A stretch of 64,000 nt of DNA from assembly GCA_016201505.1 (NCBI GenBank), contig JACQCQ010000009.1:65991-129990 (forward strand). Reading direction: 5' to 3'. Under the pieces are notes generated by a model. That model did not search any database. It had not been told where the DNA came from and saw nothing but the letters and a program-made list of their open reading frames with translations. The position numbers and the translations under genes are program-made. Below, piece by piece: positions 10,719-20,230 of this stretch; the stretch's first letter is position 1, and each line of letters opens with the position of its first letter. The stretch is from Candidatus Sungiibacteriota bacterium (GTDB lineage Bacteria > Patescibacteriota > Minisyncoccia > Sungbacterales > JACQCQ01).

Positions 10719-11354
10719 ATGACACAAGAAGCATTGACGACAGAGCTGCTTTCCATGCGAAAGCGAGCGGAACGAACGGCGCAGGGCATCGACCAGATCT
10801 CCCACAACCTTTCTGCCGAGCGGCAATCGCTCCGGCAGGTGGTCAAGGAGTACGGCACGAAGCGAGTCGAACTTCTGAAGCAGACGCTTCAAGCGCGCGG
10901 GATGACCTGGTGCACCTACTGCTCCAAAGCAGTTCCCGTGAACGAAGTCGAACTTCTGCTCGTCGAAGGAGTGGAGGAACGCTCTGGCGGCTACGAGAAC
11001 TCCTGCTGGGGCTGTGAACAGTTCTCTAAGTTGCACCGAGCGTGCCCTTATTGCCGCGAGCGAGCACAGGATCGACATGGGACCCAAGGCCGCTACGACA
11101 GCTTCAACAAGCTTCAGGCGTGCTTCTATGCTTTCCATGTGGAGAAGCGTGAGGACGGCCACTACGCTCGCAAGTTCGGCAACTGGGTCAAGCTCGACGA
11201 CGAGAACTGCAACCTCAATGAGCCGTCGAGTCAGCTGATCGAGAAACTTGCGGAAGAATGGAATCTTCCGCCACGAATCGAAGTCGAGTCGAAGTGGCCG
11301 AGTTCGGAAGAGAAACTCATCGTTCACGAGCGGGCACTGGCCGAAGCGAGTTGA
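10719..11354 (+). CDS. Hypothetical protein with CxxC pairs, probably horizontally acquired
   Basis: GAAAGGAG Shine-Dalgarno, CTYC and CPYC motifs, codons rich in third-position C/G, located just after the tRNA. Confidence 0.75.
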   Translation: MTQEALTTELLSMRKRAERTAQGIDQISHNLSAERQSLRQVVKEYGTKRVELLKQTLQARGMTWCTYCSKAVPVNEVELLLVEGVEERSGGYENSCWGCEQFSKLHRACPYCRERAQDRHGTQGRYDSFNKLQACFYAFHVEKREDGHYARKFGNWVKLDDENCNLNEPSSQLIEKLAEEWNLPPRIEVESKWPSSEEKLIVHERALAEAS

Positions 11355-11696
11355 CCATGTGTCCGCAATCGAGAGGGTGTCCTGCCAAATGCCGGGCACC
11401 CTCATTTCTTTTTTGATTTTTAATCGAATTAAATTCATAATTAAATTGCCGCCAAAGAAAAACTTGAAATTGTCATCGGTGCGGCTCACTTCGACTTCGC
11501 TCAGTACGAGCCGCCGCCTTTCCGTCCGCCAGCTGGCGGATTCGCGGGGGGATTTCCTCGCCCCGCCGTGGCGGGGCGAAAACGGTTCGCACTATTTCAA
11601 GAATACTGGACTGTATCAACACCCAATGGAGTGAGGGGGGGCGGTGCTCTGGCGAAGCTGCTACGAATAAGAGGCTCTTTTTGGCATAATAGAAAT

Positions 11697-13511
11697 GTGC
11701 CCTTTCGATTTTGTTTAAAAAATGGAGCGAGAGTTTCTGGCTTTAGTCTGATAGAAGTCGTCGTTGGCGTGGGTGTATTTTTAATTATCAGTGTCGGTGT
11801 CTACTCGGTCTATAAGGGAATTTTAAACGCGAATCGCCTGACGCGCGCACGTATCGAGGCGATTTCTCTCGCCAATGAAGAAATTGAACTGGCGCGAAAT
11901 TTGCCCTACGCCGAAGTGGGCACCATCGGCGGCATTCCCTCGGGTGTCATTTCGCAGTCCCAATCGACAACGCGCGACGGCATACCCTTTACCATCACCA
12001 CAACCATTCGCAGCATCGATGATCCGTTTGACGGAACCATCGGCGGAAATCCAAACGACACTGCGCCTGCTGACTACAAGTTAGTTGAGATTGCGATCGC
12101 GTGCACTGCGTGCAGTTCTTCATTCCAGCCGGTAATATTCACTACAACAGTTGCGCCCAAAAATTTGGAAGGGGCATCCACGAATGGCGCCTTATTCATT
12201 CGCGCCTTTGATGCGGCAGGCCTCGCGATTCCCGAGGCCAATGTCCATATTCAAAATAATCTCATAACTCCGAATATTTCGATTGACGATACGACCAACA
12301 ATCAAGGGCTTCTGCAGTTAATTGACGTGCCGCCCTCAATCAATGGCTATCAAATTACCGTTACAAAAAGCGGCTATTCAACCGATAAGACCTACCCGCC
12401 GGGCGGGAACGGGACGACCACTGCGGTCCTGCCGCATGCGACCGTTGCCCAGCAGACTGTGACGCAAACCAGCTTTGCCGTTGACCGTGTTGGTTCGCTC
12501 GATGCAGCGACAGTCAATAATGTTTGCAACGGCATTGCAGATATCAGTTATGTGGTCAGCGGCTCAAAATTAGTTGGCACCAATCCCAACGTTTTAAAAT
12601 ATCGGACGGCGCTGGCGACTGATTCAAACGGCAATCAGCATGTCGCAAACTTAGAGTGGGATTCATATAACGCCGCGATCGCCGCGTCGGGCTATACGCT
12701 GGCCGGCTCAATTCCGATTTTGCCTCTCAATCTGTCGCCGAATACGAATCAGAGCTTAACGTTCGTGTTGGCGGCCAAGCCAGCCGAGAGTATTCTCGTC
12801 ACGGTACGCGATGCGGCCACACTGCTCCCCCTAACCGGTGCCGAAGTCAATCTTTCCGGCGGAAGCTACAACCAGACACAAACCACCGGCCAGGGTTTTT
12901 TTAATCAGACTGATTGGTCGGGCGGGCCAGGCCAGACTCTATTTGCCGATCCCAGCGCCTACTTTTTTGATGATGGCAACATAGACGCTAATTCTCCAGC
13001 CGGGGATGTAATCTTAAAACAGGTGTTTGGCCAATATGTTGCTTCCGGTTATCTTGAGTCTTCGACCATTGATTTCGGGACCAGTATTAATTACGGGACG
13101 ATCGCCTGGGCGCCCGCATCCGAACCCCCCCAAACCGGACCGAGCAGCGTCCGATTTCAAATCGCGACTTCAAACGATGCGGCCACGACGACCTGGAATT
13201 TTCTCGGCCCGGACGGTACCGCCGGAACCTACTACGTCGCTTCGGGGACGAATATTAACGCCATTCATAATTTGAATCGGTATTTGAGATATCGCATGTA
13301 TTTGCAAACTGCCAACGCGAGCTACACGCCTGATGTGGCGGACGTAAGCATTACCTTCAACACCGGCTGCATACCCCCCGGTCAGGTGTTTTTTTCCGGT
13401 ATGAATTCGGGCAGCTATACGCTGCAAGTTTCAAAATCCGGCTACAGCACGTCAACAACGCCCGTTAGCATTTCCGGAAACGCGACGCAGATAATCGATT
13501 TAGGCCCATAG
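11697..13511 (+). CDS. Large prepilin-type protein with beta-sandwich (carboxypeptidase regulatory-like) domains
   Basis: G|FSLIEVVV class III signal; repeated Y.I.V.K.GY strands; start uncertain (in-frame GTG chosen). Confidence 0.8.
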   Translation: MPFRFCLKNGARVSGFSLIEVVVGVGVFLIISVGVYSVYKGILNANRLTRARIEAISLANEEIELARNLPYAEVGTIGGIPSGVISQSQSTTRDGIPFTITTTIRSIDDPFDGTIGGNPNDTAPADYKLVEIAIACTACSSSFQPVIFTTTVAPKNLEGASTNGALFIRAFDAAGLAIPEANVHIQNNLITPNISIDDTTNNQGLLQLIDVPPSINGYQITVTKSGYSTDKTYPPGGNGTTTAVLPHATVAQQTVTQTSFAVDRVGSLDAATVNNVCNGIADISYVVSGSKLVGTNPNVLKYRTALATDSNGNQHVANLEWDSYNAAIAASGYTLAGSIPILPLNLSPNTNQSLTFVLAAKPAESILVTVRDAATLLPLTGAEVNLSGGSYNQTQTTGQGFFNQTDWSGGPGQTLFADPSAYFFDDGNIDANSPAGDVILKQVFGQYVASGYLESSTIDFGTSINYGTIAWAPASEPPQTGPSSVRFQIATSNDAATTTWNFLGPDGTAGTYYVASGTNINAIHNLNRYLRYRMYLQTANASYTPDVADVSITFNTGCIPPGQVFFSGMNSGSYTLQVSKSGYSTSTTPVSISGNATQIIDLGP

Positions 13512-13512
13512 C

Positions 13513-14139
13513 ATGAGAGCGTCTGCGAAAAAAACTGATGCAGCACTGCGCGGCGGGTATACGCTGGTTGAGTTTCTCGTTGCCATTGGGCTTTTGGTGC
13601 TCATCGGCATGATTGTCTATCAGTTTACCTACAGTGTCATCACCTACAGCCGAATCTTAACTTCCCAGTTAATCGCCCAGAATGAAGTGCGCAAGACGGT
13701 AGACGTGATGGTTGAAGAATTGCGCACCATGGCGACATCCGATTCGGGCGCCTACCCCATTGAGGCGGCGGCGACCAGTTCGCTTACCTTTTACTCCAGC
13801 ATTGATAATACTCCGTCAAAAGAGCGTGTCCGGTATTTCTTGCAAGGCTCGACCTTGGAAAAAGGCGTGATCCAGGCGACCGGAACTCCGCCGACGTACC
13901 CGGCGGCCAGTGAAGTCGTAACGCCGCTCGTCAATTTGATTGTGAACGGCACGACTTCGATTTTTTCATACTACGATGGGAGTTATGGCGGGACCTCCTC
14001 GCCGCTTACACTGCCTGTCATCATCTCGAGTGTCCGTTATATCAAGCTTTCTGTTATTGTGGATGATAACAATCGCTCGCCAAATCCCATTATGGTGACC
14101 TCATCCGTGACCCTGCGTAATCTAAAGGATAATTTTTAA
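13513..14139 (+). CDS. Minor pilin (PilW/PulJ-like)
   Basis: G|YTLVEFLVAI prepilin motif. Confidence 0.85.
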   Translation: MRASAKKTDAALRGGYTLVEFLVAIGLLVLIGMIVYQFTYSVITYSRILTSQLIAQNEVRKTVDVMVEELRTMATSDSGAYPIEAAATSSLTFYSSIDNTPSKERVRYFLQGSTLEKGVIQATGTPPTYPAASEVVTPLVNLIVNGTTSIFSYYDGSYGGTSSPLTLPVIISSVRYIKLSVIVDDNNRSPNPIMVTSSVTLRNLKDNF

Positions 14140-14141
14140 CT

Positions 14142-15572
14142 ATGAAACGGCGATTGATTGACACGAGTAAACCTGCCAGCATGACGGTGACTGTGATTGT
14201 CTACGGCGCGGTTGCGATTTACATTATGGTCGGGCTGGTTAATTGGCTGCTGACCAACTCGCGGCTAAGTAAAGAACGCGTACATAAAGAAGAAGCCTTT
14301 GACGTGGCTGATGCCGGAGTCGAATATTACCGCTGGCATTTGGCGCACGCGGCCAATGATTACCAAGACGGAACCGGCCATGCTGGTCCGTACTACCACG
14401 ACTACAAAGATAAAGATGGAAATATTCTCGGCCAGTTTCGTTTAGATATCACCGCGCCCCCACTTGGCTCGACGCTGGTGACTATCAATTCAACGGGAAC
14501 GACGACCGCCAATCCAAACGTCAAGCGCGTCATCCAGGCTAAATATGCCATTCCGTCGCTTGCCAAGTATGCCGTGGTGGCCAATGACAACATGCGCTTT
14601 GGTGCCGGCACCGAAACCTTCGGACCGATTCAATCCAATCTCGGCATTCGTTTTGACGGCTTGGCGCATAATCTCATATCCAGCGCGCTTTCAACCTATA
14701 CCGATCCGGATAATGGTTTGAATGAATGGGCGGTTTACACGCAAGTTGCCCCGGCCGATCCCCGTCCTCCCACGGCTCTTCCCAGTCGTCCGGATGTATT
14801 CGTTGCCGGCCGGCAGCTTTCCGTGCCGGCGGTCGATTTTCCCGGCCTGACCGCCGATCTATCCGCATTAAAAACGCTTGGCCAGTCGGCCGACGGCCGG
14901 TATTTTGGACCTTCCGGCGGGCTCGGGTATCTCATGGTGCTAAAGACCAATGATACTTTCGATCTCTACAAAGTTACTTCGTTGCAAAATGCTCCCGGTG
15001 GATGCACCAATCAACTCAATCAATCGGGTTGGGGCACCTGGAGCGTCAAAAACAAAACGCTGCTGAATAATTACGCTTTTCCGGCAAACGGCGTGGTATT
15101 CCTGGAAGATCATGTCTGGATCGAGGGCCAAATTCAGACGGCCCGCCTTACGATCGCCTCCGGTAAGTTCCCCGAACAGCAGTCCACCAATACGAGCATT
15201 ACGGTAAATAACAACTTGCTCTATACGACCTATAATGGGCAAGATGTTCTGGGACTCATCGCGCAAAATAATTTTAATGTTGGTTTATTCAGTGCTTCCA
15301 CGCTTGAAATTGACGCTGCTTTGATTGCCAAAAATGGCCGAGCCGGGAGGTATTACTACGATGCTTCATGCGCTCCGAACTCGATTAAGACAAAGTTGAC
15401 GCTCGTCGGCATCATCGGAACGGCGCTGCGCTATGGGTTCGCCTACACCGATGGCACGGGATATACCACCAGGATCATTAATTATGATGCGAATCTGCTC
15501 TACGGCCCCCCGCCTTCATTTCCCTTGTCGGGGAATCAGTATCAGATTGTTTCCTGGCAGGAGGTAAAGTAG
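14142..15572 (+). CDS. PilX-like minor pilin-associated protein
   Basis: N-terminal TM, AF.VADAGVEY motif, C-terminal YDANL..PPP and SWQEV. Confidence 0.75.
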   Translation: MKRRLIDTSKPASMTVTVIVYGAVAIYIMVGLVNWLLTNSRLSKERVHKEEAFDVADAGVEYYRWHLAHAANDYQDGTGHAGPYYHDYKDKDGNILGQFRLDITAPPLGSTLVTINSTGTTTANPNVKRVIQAKYAIPSLAKYAVVANDNMRFGAGTETFGPIQSNLGIRFDGLAHNLISSALSTYTDPDNGLNEWAVYTQVAPADPRPPTALPSRPDVFVAGRQLSVPAVDFPGLTADLSALKTLGQSADGRYFGPSGGLGYLMVLKTNDTFDLYKVTSLQNAPGGCTNQLNQSGWGTWSVKNKTLLNNYAFPANGVVFLEDHVWIEGQIQTARLTIASGKFPEQQSTNTSITVNNNLLYTTYNGQDVLGLIAQNNFNVGLFSASTLEIDAALIAKNGRAGRYYYDASCAPNSIKTKLTLVGIIGTALRYGFAYTDGTGYTTRIINYDANLLYGPPPSFPLSGNQYQIVSWQEVK

Positions 15573-15766
15573 GCAATAGCGAATAGTAAATGGCGAATAT
15601 CACGGAAAATTCTAAATTCGAATATCGAAATCCTCAACAAATCCAAAATTCTAATGCTGTATATTCAAAACACGAAACAATTTTCGTATCGTTTGTGATT
15701 TTGAGCTTGGGGCATTGTAGTTTGTTTAGAATTTAGTGCTTAGAGATTCGGATTTGAGCTGACTGT

Positions 15767-16093
15767 ATGAACTTCTATCAGAAGGTCTACCAGGTTGTGA
15801 AAAAAATCCCAAGCGGCAAAGTTGCTACCTACGGCCAAATTGGCTCGATTATTTCTTCGCCACGGTCGGCACAGATTGTCGGATTCGCTCTGCGTGCTTT
15901 GCCGGAGAATTCGGGTGTCCCTTGGCAGCGCGTCATTAACTCTGAAGGCAGGATTTCAATTCAGAATTTGCGCCACAGGCAATCCGAGCAGGCGGACTTA
16001 TTGAAAAAAGAAGGTGTCGAGGTTGAATTTCGCGACAACGCTTACTGCGTTGATCTTGCAAAATATCTACATAGATTTAAAAGATTCGGGTAA
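15767..16093 (+). CDS. Alkyltransferase-like (MGMT/ATL family) DNA-binding protein
   Basis: IPSGKVATYGQI and PWQRV (Trp in place of the catalytic Cys). Confidence 0.88.
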   Translation: MNFYQKVYQVVKKIPSGKVATYGQIGSIISSPRSAQIVGFALRALPENSGVPWQRVINSEGRISIQNLRHRQSEQADLLKKEGVEVEFRDNAYCVDLAKYLHRFKRFG

Positions 16094-16138
16094 ATTGAAG
16101 TAGTGACCGCTAAGGGGACGGGATAAGAAAAGAGAGCA

Positions 16139-16192
16139 AAACCCATTTACTATTACTTTACACGATCGTGTAAAGTAATAGTAAATGGGTTT
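16139..16192. repeat. 54-bp perfect palindrome overlapping the start codon of the PaaX-like gene
   Basis: AAACCCATTTACTATTACTTTACACGA|TCGTGTAAAGTAATAGTAAATGGGTTT. Confidence 0.9.
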
Positions 16193-16748
16193 GCGGGCGA
16201 AAAGGGGAGAAATTGTGCGAGGAGTACTGGCGGTACTTGCCGTATCTGCGGTGGTTCTTGCGGCTGCGACGTTTCCCGGTGCAGCGATTGCCCTGCGGCC
16301 CTTTTTTAAACGAAAATCTAATAAGATGAAACAGCGATCAGTCGAAGCCGCAGTGAAGCGCTTGAAAGAAAGGCGGCTGGTTGAAATTGTAATGAAAAAT
16401 GGAACGGAAACGCTCTCGATTACCGAACGGGGGAGAGGCTATTTAAAGCGTCTGGACTTTGATTTGCGTCGACTTCCTGTTCCAAAACATTGGGATGGAC
16501 ACTGGACTGTGATATTGTTTGATATTCCCGAAACTGAGCGCAAAGGACGTGATGCCTTGCGAATAAAATTAAAACAGCTGGGGTGCTTTAAATTCCATAA
16601 AAGCGTATTTGTGCATCCCGCTGATTGTGAAGATGAGATAGATTTTGTTACTGAAATTTTTGGTATACGACGCTATGTCACGGTATTTCGCACGAAGCAA
16701 TTAGGTCACCAAGAATATAGGGCAGTACGGTACTTCGAACTTTCTTGA
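16185..16748 (+). CDS. PaaX-like regulator (winged HTH plus Cas2-like ferredoxin domain)
   Basis: RLK.R.LV...ITERG wing; WDGHW..ILFDIPE..R..RD.LR..L...G....HKSVF. Confidence 0.85.
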   Translation: MGLRAKRGEIVRGVLAVLAVSAVVLAAATFPGAAIALRPFFKRKSNKMKQRSVEAAVKRLKERRLVEIVMKNGTETLSITERGRGYLKRLDFDLRRLPVPKHWDGHWTVILFDIPETERKGRDALRIKLKQLGCFKFHKSVFVHPADCEDEIDFVTEIFGIRRYVTVFRTKQLGHQEYRAVRYFELS

Positions 16749-16845
16749 TCCATTGATTTATTCACTCACTCGCGACCGGTCACCGTTGCCCAGCGGTCAT
16801 TAATAGCTATGCAAGTCATTCATAGCTATGTAATATAAAGCGCAT

Positions 16846-16883
16846 CCGCTATTACTTTACACGATCGTGTAAAGTAATAGCGG
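16846..16883. repeat. 38-bp perfect palindrome sharing a 32-bp core with 16139-16192
   Basis: CCGCTATTACTTTACACGA|TCGTGTAAAGTAATAGCGG. Confidence 0.9.
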
Positions 16884-16937
16884 GACGTTTGTAGTTTTCC
16901 ATACGTTATTCTCTTTTTAAATACGGCCGCAATTAAA

Positions 16938-16969
16938 ATCAAAACCCGCCTTTAGAGGCGGGTTTTGAT
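16938..16969 (-). terminator. Hairpin at the hisS stop
   Basis: ATCAAAACCCGCCT/AGGCGGGTTTTGAT 14-bp stem with T tracts. Confidence 0.6.
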
Positions 16970-18274
16970 GTAAGCAGCTAAATCTTTTTCCTCTACCGAC
17001 TCTTGTTTCCCGCTTCGCAGATCTTTTATTTCAATCTTGCCGCTGGCGCGCTCCTTTTCGCCGTACAGCAGAATGAAAGGAATTTCTTTTTTTACCGCGT
17101 AGGCCAGTTGATTTTGAAATGCGCGGTCGTCTCCCAGATAAAGAGCCGTGTTAATGCCGTATGCGCGGGTGGCGCTGGCGAATCTGGCGTAATCGCTAGC
17201 AAATTCGTCGGCTAAATTAAAAATTAAAACTTGTACGAGCGTTTTTCGCTTTTGGATCGTGCCGATGGTTTCGAGTGCCGCGTACAGGCGATCAATGCCA
17301 AGCGAGGCGCCCACGGCCGGAGTCGAATCTTTGGAGAACCGGTTGGTGAGCCCGTCATAGCGCCCTCCAGCAAATATGGTCCCGATATTCGGCAAGTCGG
17401 TAAGCAGAATCTCAAATACCGTGCCGGTGTAGTAGCCAAGCCCCCGCACCAGTGAAGCGTCATAAATTAAATATTTTTGCGGGACCCCAAAAGCTTCGAC
17501 TTTTTGGCGGAGCTCGCGGATGCTGGTTGAATCAAGTAAATTCTCGCCGGAAATCTTCCAAAGGTACTCTTTCAATTTTTCGTCTTCAAGCCCAGAAGCT
17601 CCCGCGACTTCATCCGCCCACTCATCGGGCAGGATCTTATCTTTTTTATCAACCGCGATTAGCGTCGCCATTGTGCGATCTTCGGGAACTCCGACCTCGT
17701 CTAAAAGCTTCAGCGCTTCTTCTTTGTTGTTTAGCCGGATCATAAACTCATCGATGCCGAGTGCTTTCATCGTCTCATACATGACCTGAATAATTTCAGC
17801 GTCCGCGTCCGGTGATTTTACTCCCAGAATATCAATGTCCGCCTGGATAAATTCGCGGTAGCGTCCGGCTTGAGACCGCTCCCCCCTCCAGACTTTGGCG
17901 ATTTGATAACGCTTAAAGGGTTTGGCAATATCCGGATTTTTTGCGAGCACGCGGGCGAGCGGCACGGTTAAATCAAATCGAAGCGACTTGTCCTGAGCTT
18001 TGTCGAAGGAGGTATCAGATGAATCAGCCTCATCCCGCGAACCTTTGACGTTAAAAATTATTTTAGCTGACTCTGACTCGCCTCCGGTCAAGACTTCTGT
18101 CCGCTCGATGGCCGAAGTCTGCATGGGGTCATAGCCAAAGCGTTCATAAACGCCTTTTACAATCTCGATCATGGCTTCTTTGGCGATGGCATCTTCCGGC
18201 AGGGCGTCGCGAAAGCCGCCCGGCAATTCGGGATCGATCATTTTTTTATTTTGCGGTTTTTTCGTTTCGTCCAT
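16952..18274 (-). CDS. hisS: Histidine--tRNA ligase
   Basis: LRFDLTVPLAR, WRGE..QAGRYREF.QADID, LVRGLGYYTG, GGRYD, anticodon-binding domain. Confidence 0.97.
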   Translation of the reverse strand: MDETKKPQNKKMIDPELPGGFRDALPEDAIAKEAMIEIVKGVYERFGYDPMQTSAIERTEVLTGGESESAKIIFNVKGSRDEADSSDTSFDKAQDKSLRFDLTVPLARVLAKNPDIAKPFKRYQIAKVWRGERSQAGRYREFIQADIDILGVKSPDADAEIIQVMYETMKALGIDEFMIRLNNKEEALKLLDEVGVPEDRTMATLIAVDKKDKILPDEWADEVAGASGLEDEKLKEYLWKISGENLLDSTSIRELRQKVEAFGVPQKYLIYDASLVRGLGYYTGTVFEILLTDLPNIGTIFAGGRYDGLTNRFSKDSTPAVGASLGIDRLYAALETIGTIQKRKTLVQVLIFNLADEFASDYARFASATRAYGINTALYLGDDRAFQNQLAYAVKKEIPFILLYGEKERASGKIEIKDLRSGKQESVEEKDLAAYIKTRL

Positions 18275-18281
18275 GACAACA

Positions 18282-18605
18282 TTCACCCCCACGCCAAAAG
18301 GCTTAAAGGGAGATAGATTCTTTTATCCTTTTTTGGAGTTGTTGTAAAGCACGGGCTCTAAGCTTTAGGTTTTTCTCTCTTTGTCTTGCCTCAGACTCGC
18401 TTCGATACGCTTCGTAATAGACTGGTCTAAGAGGGCGACGAAATTTTGTTGAAGCTATTAATCCTGAATTGTGCTCACGTAATCTCCGTCTCAAGTCATT
18501 CGTAGAACCAGTATACAGCTTTAGGTCTTTTAGACTTTTCAAAATGTACACGAAGAACATGTGGACATATTTTATCATAACTAAGCCTTTTGGTGTGGGG
18601 GTAAA
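18282..18605. mobile_element. GIY-YIG gene bounded by 24-bp inverted repeats
   Basis: TTCACCCCCACGCCAAAAGGCTTA (18282-18305) and TAAGCCTTTTGGTGTGGGGGTAAA (18582-18605), 22/24 match. Confidence 0.65.
18303..18560 (-). CDS. Small GIY-YIG nuclease family protein
   Basis: FVYILKS....LYTGSTNDLRRRL.EHN.G...STK.RRP...YYEAY. Confidence 0.92.
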   Translation of the reverse strand: MFFVYILKSLKDLKLYTGSTNDLRRRLREHNSGLIASTKFRRPLRPVYYEAYRSESEARQREKNLKLRARALQQLQKRIKESISL

Positions 18606-18641
18606 ACTTGATATTTTCAACTAAACTGTCTTAATAAGGAC

Positions 18642-18890
18642 ATGGAAACGCCTATTGGAAAGGTCGTGCACTATTTCGGCAAGGTGGGGGCGGCAGTCGT
18701 CAAACTGACACAGCCCCTGGCAGTCGGCGATAAGATCAAAATCAAAGACGGGGAAAACTCCTGGGAGCAGGAGGTCGCCTCGATGCAGGTTGATCGGGTT
18801 GCTGTTTCATCTGCCAAGGCCGGAGACGAGGTTGCGATCAAGCTGGATAGCAAGGCGCGCGAGGGCGCGTTGCTTATCGTAGAAAAGTAG
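18642..18890 (+). CDS. Small beta-barrel protein (EF-Tu domain 2 / U32 peptidase C-terminal-like)
   Basis: IGKV.HYF.KVG.A...L...L.VGD.I and Q.V.SMQ....V..A..GD. Confidence 0.8.
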   Translation: METPIGKVVHYFGKVGAAVVKLTQPLAVGDKIKIKDGENSWEQEVASMQVDRVAVSSAKAGDEVAIKLDSKAREGALLIVEK

Positions 18891-18952
18891 TTTCCGTGAG
18901 AAGAATAGTAGATTCTCCTCATCAATCTTTAGTTGTGCGGAAAAATTAATAT

Positions 18953-19024
18953 GGCGGCCTTGGTGTAGTGGTAACACAGCAGCTTGTGGAGCTGTTTTCA
19001 CGGGTTCGATCCCCGTAGGCCGCC
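18953..19024 (+). tRNA. tRNA-His(GUG)
   Basis: G-1 plus GCGGCCT/AGGCCGC-C, anticodon loop TT-GTG-GA, GGTTCGATCC. Confidence 0.92.
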
Positions 19025-19068
19025 CCGCAACCTGGGAAATTATGGTTGCTCGCGATTTTTAAAACCGC

Positions 19069-19710
19069 ATGGATGAATTAATCAAGGCGCTCGAGGCAAA
19101 AGGTGTTTTGGCATCGGCAGCGCTCTGCCGGGCATTTGCCAAAGTCGATCGGGCGCATTTTGTACCGCCCAGTGTCTTCCCGCTGGCCTATCACGACACG
19201 GCTCTGCCGATTGGCTGGGGCCAGACAATTTCTCAACCCTACACGGTGGCATTTATGCTCGAGCTTTTAGCCCCCCAAGCGGGCGACCATATCCTGGACG
19301 TCGGTTCGGGATCTGGCTGGCAGACGGCAATGCTCGCGGAGATGGTAGGGAGACGCGGAAAAGTCTATGCGATTGAATTGGTCAGAAACCTTTTTGAATT
19401 TGGCAAGAAAAATATAGAGCAGTACCCGCAGCTGTTTCAACGAGTTCGGTTCTACTGCCAGAACGCCGAGACGGGACTCCCACAGGTGGCGGAAGCGATT
19501 GCCGGATTTGACGCGATCATCGCTGCCGCTCGAGTAGCCGAAGTTCCCCAAGCCTGGAGAGCGCAGTTAAAAATTGGCGGAAGATTGGTCTATCCCAAGG
19601 CCAACGCAATCTACCGGGAAATCAAACGAGAACAGGGGTGGGAGGTGACGAAATATCCCGGCTTTGTATTTGTGCCTTTTAAGAGTTCCGCCAAAGCTCA
19701 CACTACTTAA
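19069..19710 (+). CDS. pcm: Protein-L-isoaspartate O-methyltransferase
   Basis: AY.D.ALPIG.GQTISQPYTVA, ILDVGSGSGW, FVFVP. Confidence 0.93.
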   Translation: MDELIKALEAKGVLASAALCRAFAKVDRAHFVPPSVFPLAYHDTALPIGWGQTISQPYTVAFMLELLAPQAGDHILDVGSGSGWQTAMLAEMVGRRGKVYAIELVRNLFEFGKKNIEQYPQLFQRVRFYCQNAETGLPQVAEAIAGFDAIIAAARVAEVPQAWRAQLKIGGRLVYPKANAIYREIKREQGWEVTKYPGFVFVPFKSSAKAHTT

Positions 19711-19883
19711 ACCAGATTCGAAAAGTTTACCACAAGTAACTTGAACGAAGGCGGCTTGCCTTGAATTTATTGAAGAGTTTTCTTCCTTCTCCGTCGGCTG
19801 ACGGATTCGGACGGACAAGCAATGACCGCTAGTTGTTGGCATAAACGATAGTGAGTAGCGGAGTAGGGTAAGTTTTTGATAAA

Positions 19884-20066
19884 ATGGTTTTTATGGCTGA
19901 AGAAGTAGAGAAAAATAGTAAAAAGTATTACAAGTGCGAGGAGTGCGGTTTAATTTACTCGGATAAGGGAATAGCAGAAAAGTGCCAAGCGTGGTGCTTG
20001 GAACATAAAAGTTGCAATCTTGAGATTATCGAATACGCCGTAAAGGACTTGCCAGAAAATGATTAA
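19884..20066 (+). CDS. Small Cys-rich putative metal-binding protein
   Basis: YKCEECG..Y....A.KC..WC..HKSCNLEI. Confidence 0.7.
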   Translation: MVFMAEEVEKNSKKYYKCEECGLIYSDKGIAEKCQAWCLEHKSCNLEIIEYAVKDLPEND

Positions 20067-20163
20067 ACATGCCCGCCCGCAGCTTCTGGTCTTAAATCTG
20101 GAATATAAATATACCCAGGTTGCTTCCCAATAATGGTTCTGACGTCATCTACGATGCCGCTCC

Positions 20164-20198
20164 AAAAGTAATAACCCTTCGCGAAGGGTTATTACTTT
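20164..20198. terminator. Bidirectional terminator-like hairpin
   Basis: AAAGTAATAACCCTTC-GC-GAAGGGTTATTACTTT between convergent genes. Confidence 0.6.
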
Positions 20199-20230
20199 TT
20201 ATGTTTAAATAATTTCTTTGGGCAAGTGCG

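Noticed and set aside
10668-11489. 273-aa minus-strand ORF
   Set aside because: Antisense shadow of the plus-strand gene, which has a strong Shine-Dalgarno and CxxC motifs
16185-16883. CRISPR-Cas locus suggested by the Cas2-like domain and palindromes
   Set aside because: Only two palindromes 700 bp apart, no repeat-spacer array and no cas1 or effector genes; the protein is PaaX-like
20190-20215. dif/XerD site (TTATGTTTAAAT)
   Set aside because: Imperfect match that overlaps a terminator T-tract, with no convincing XerC arm
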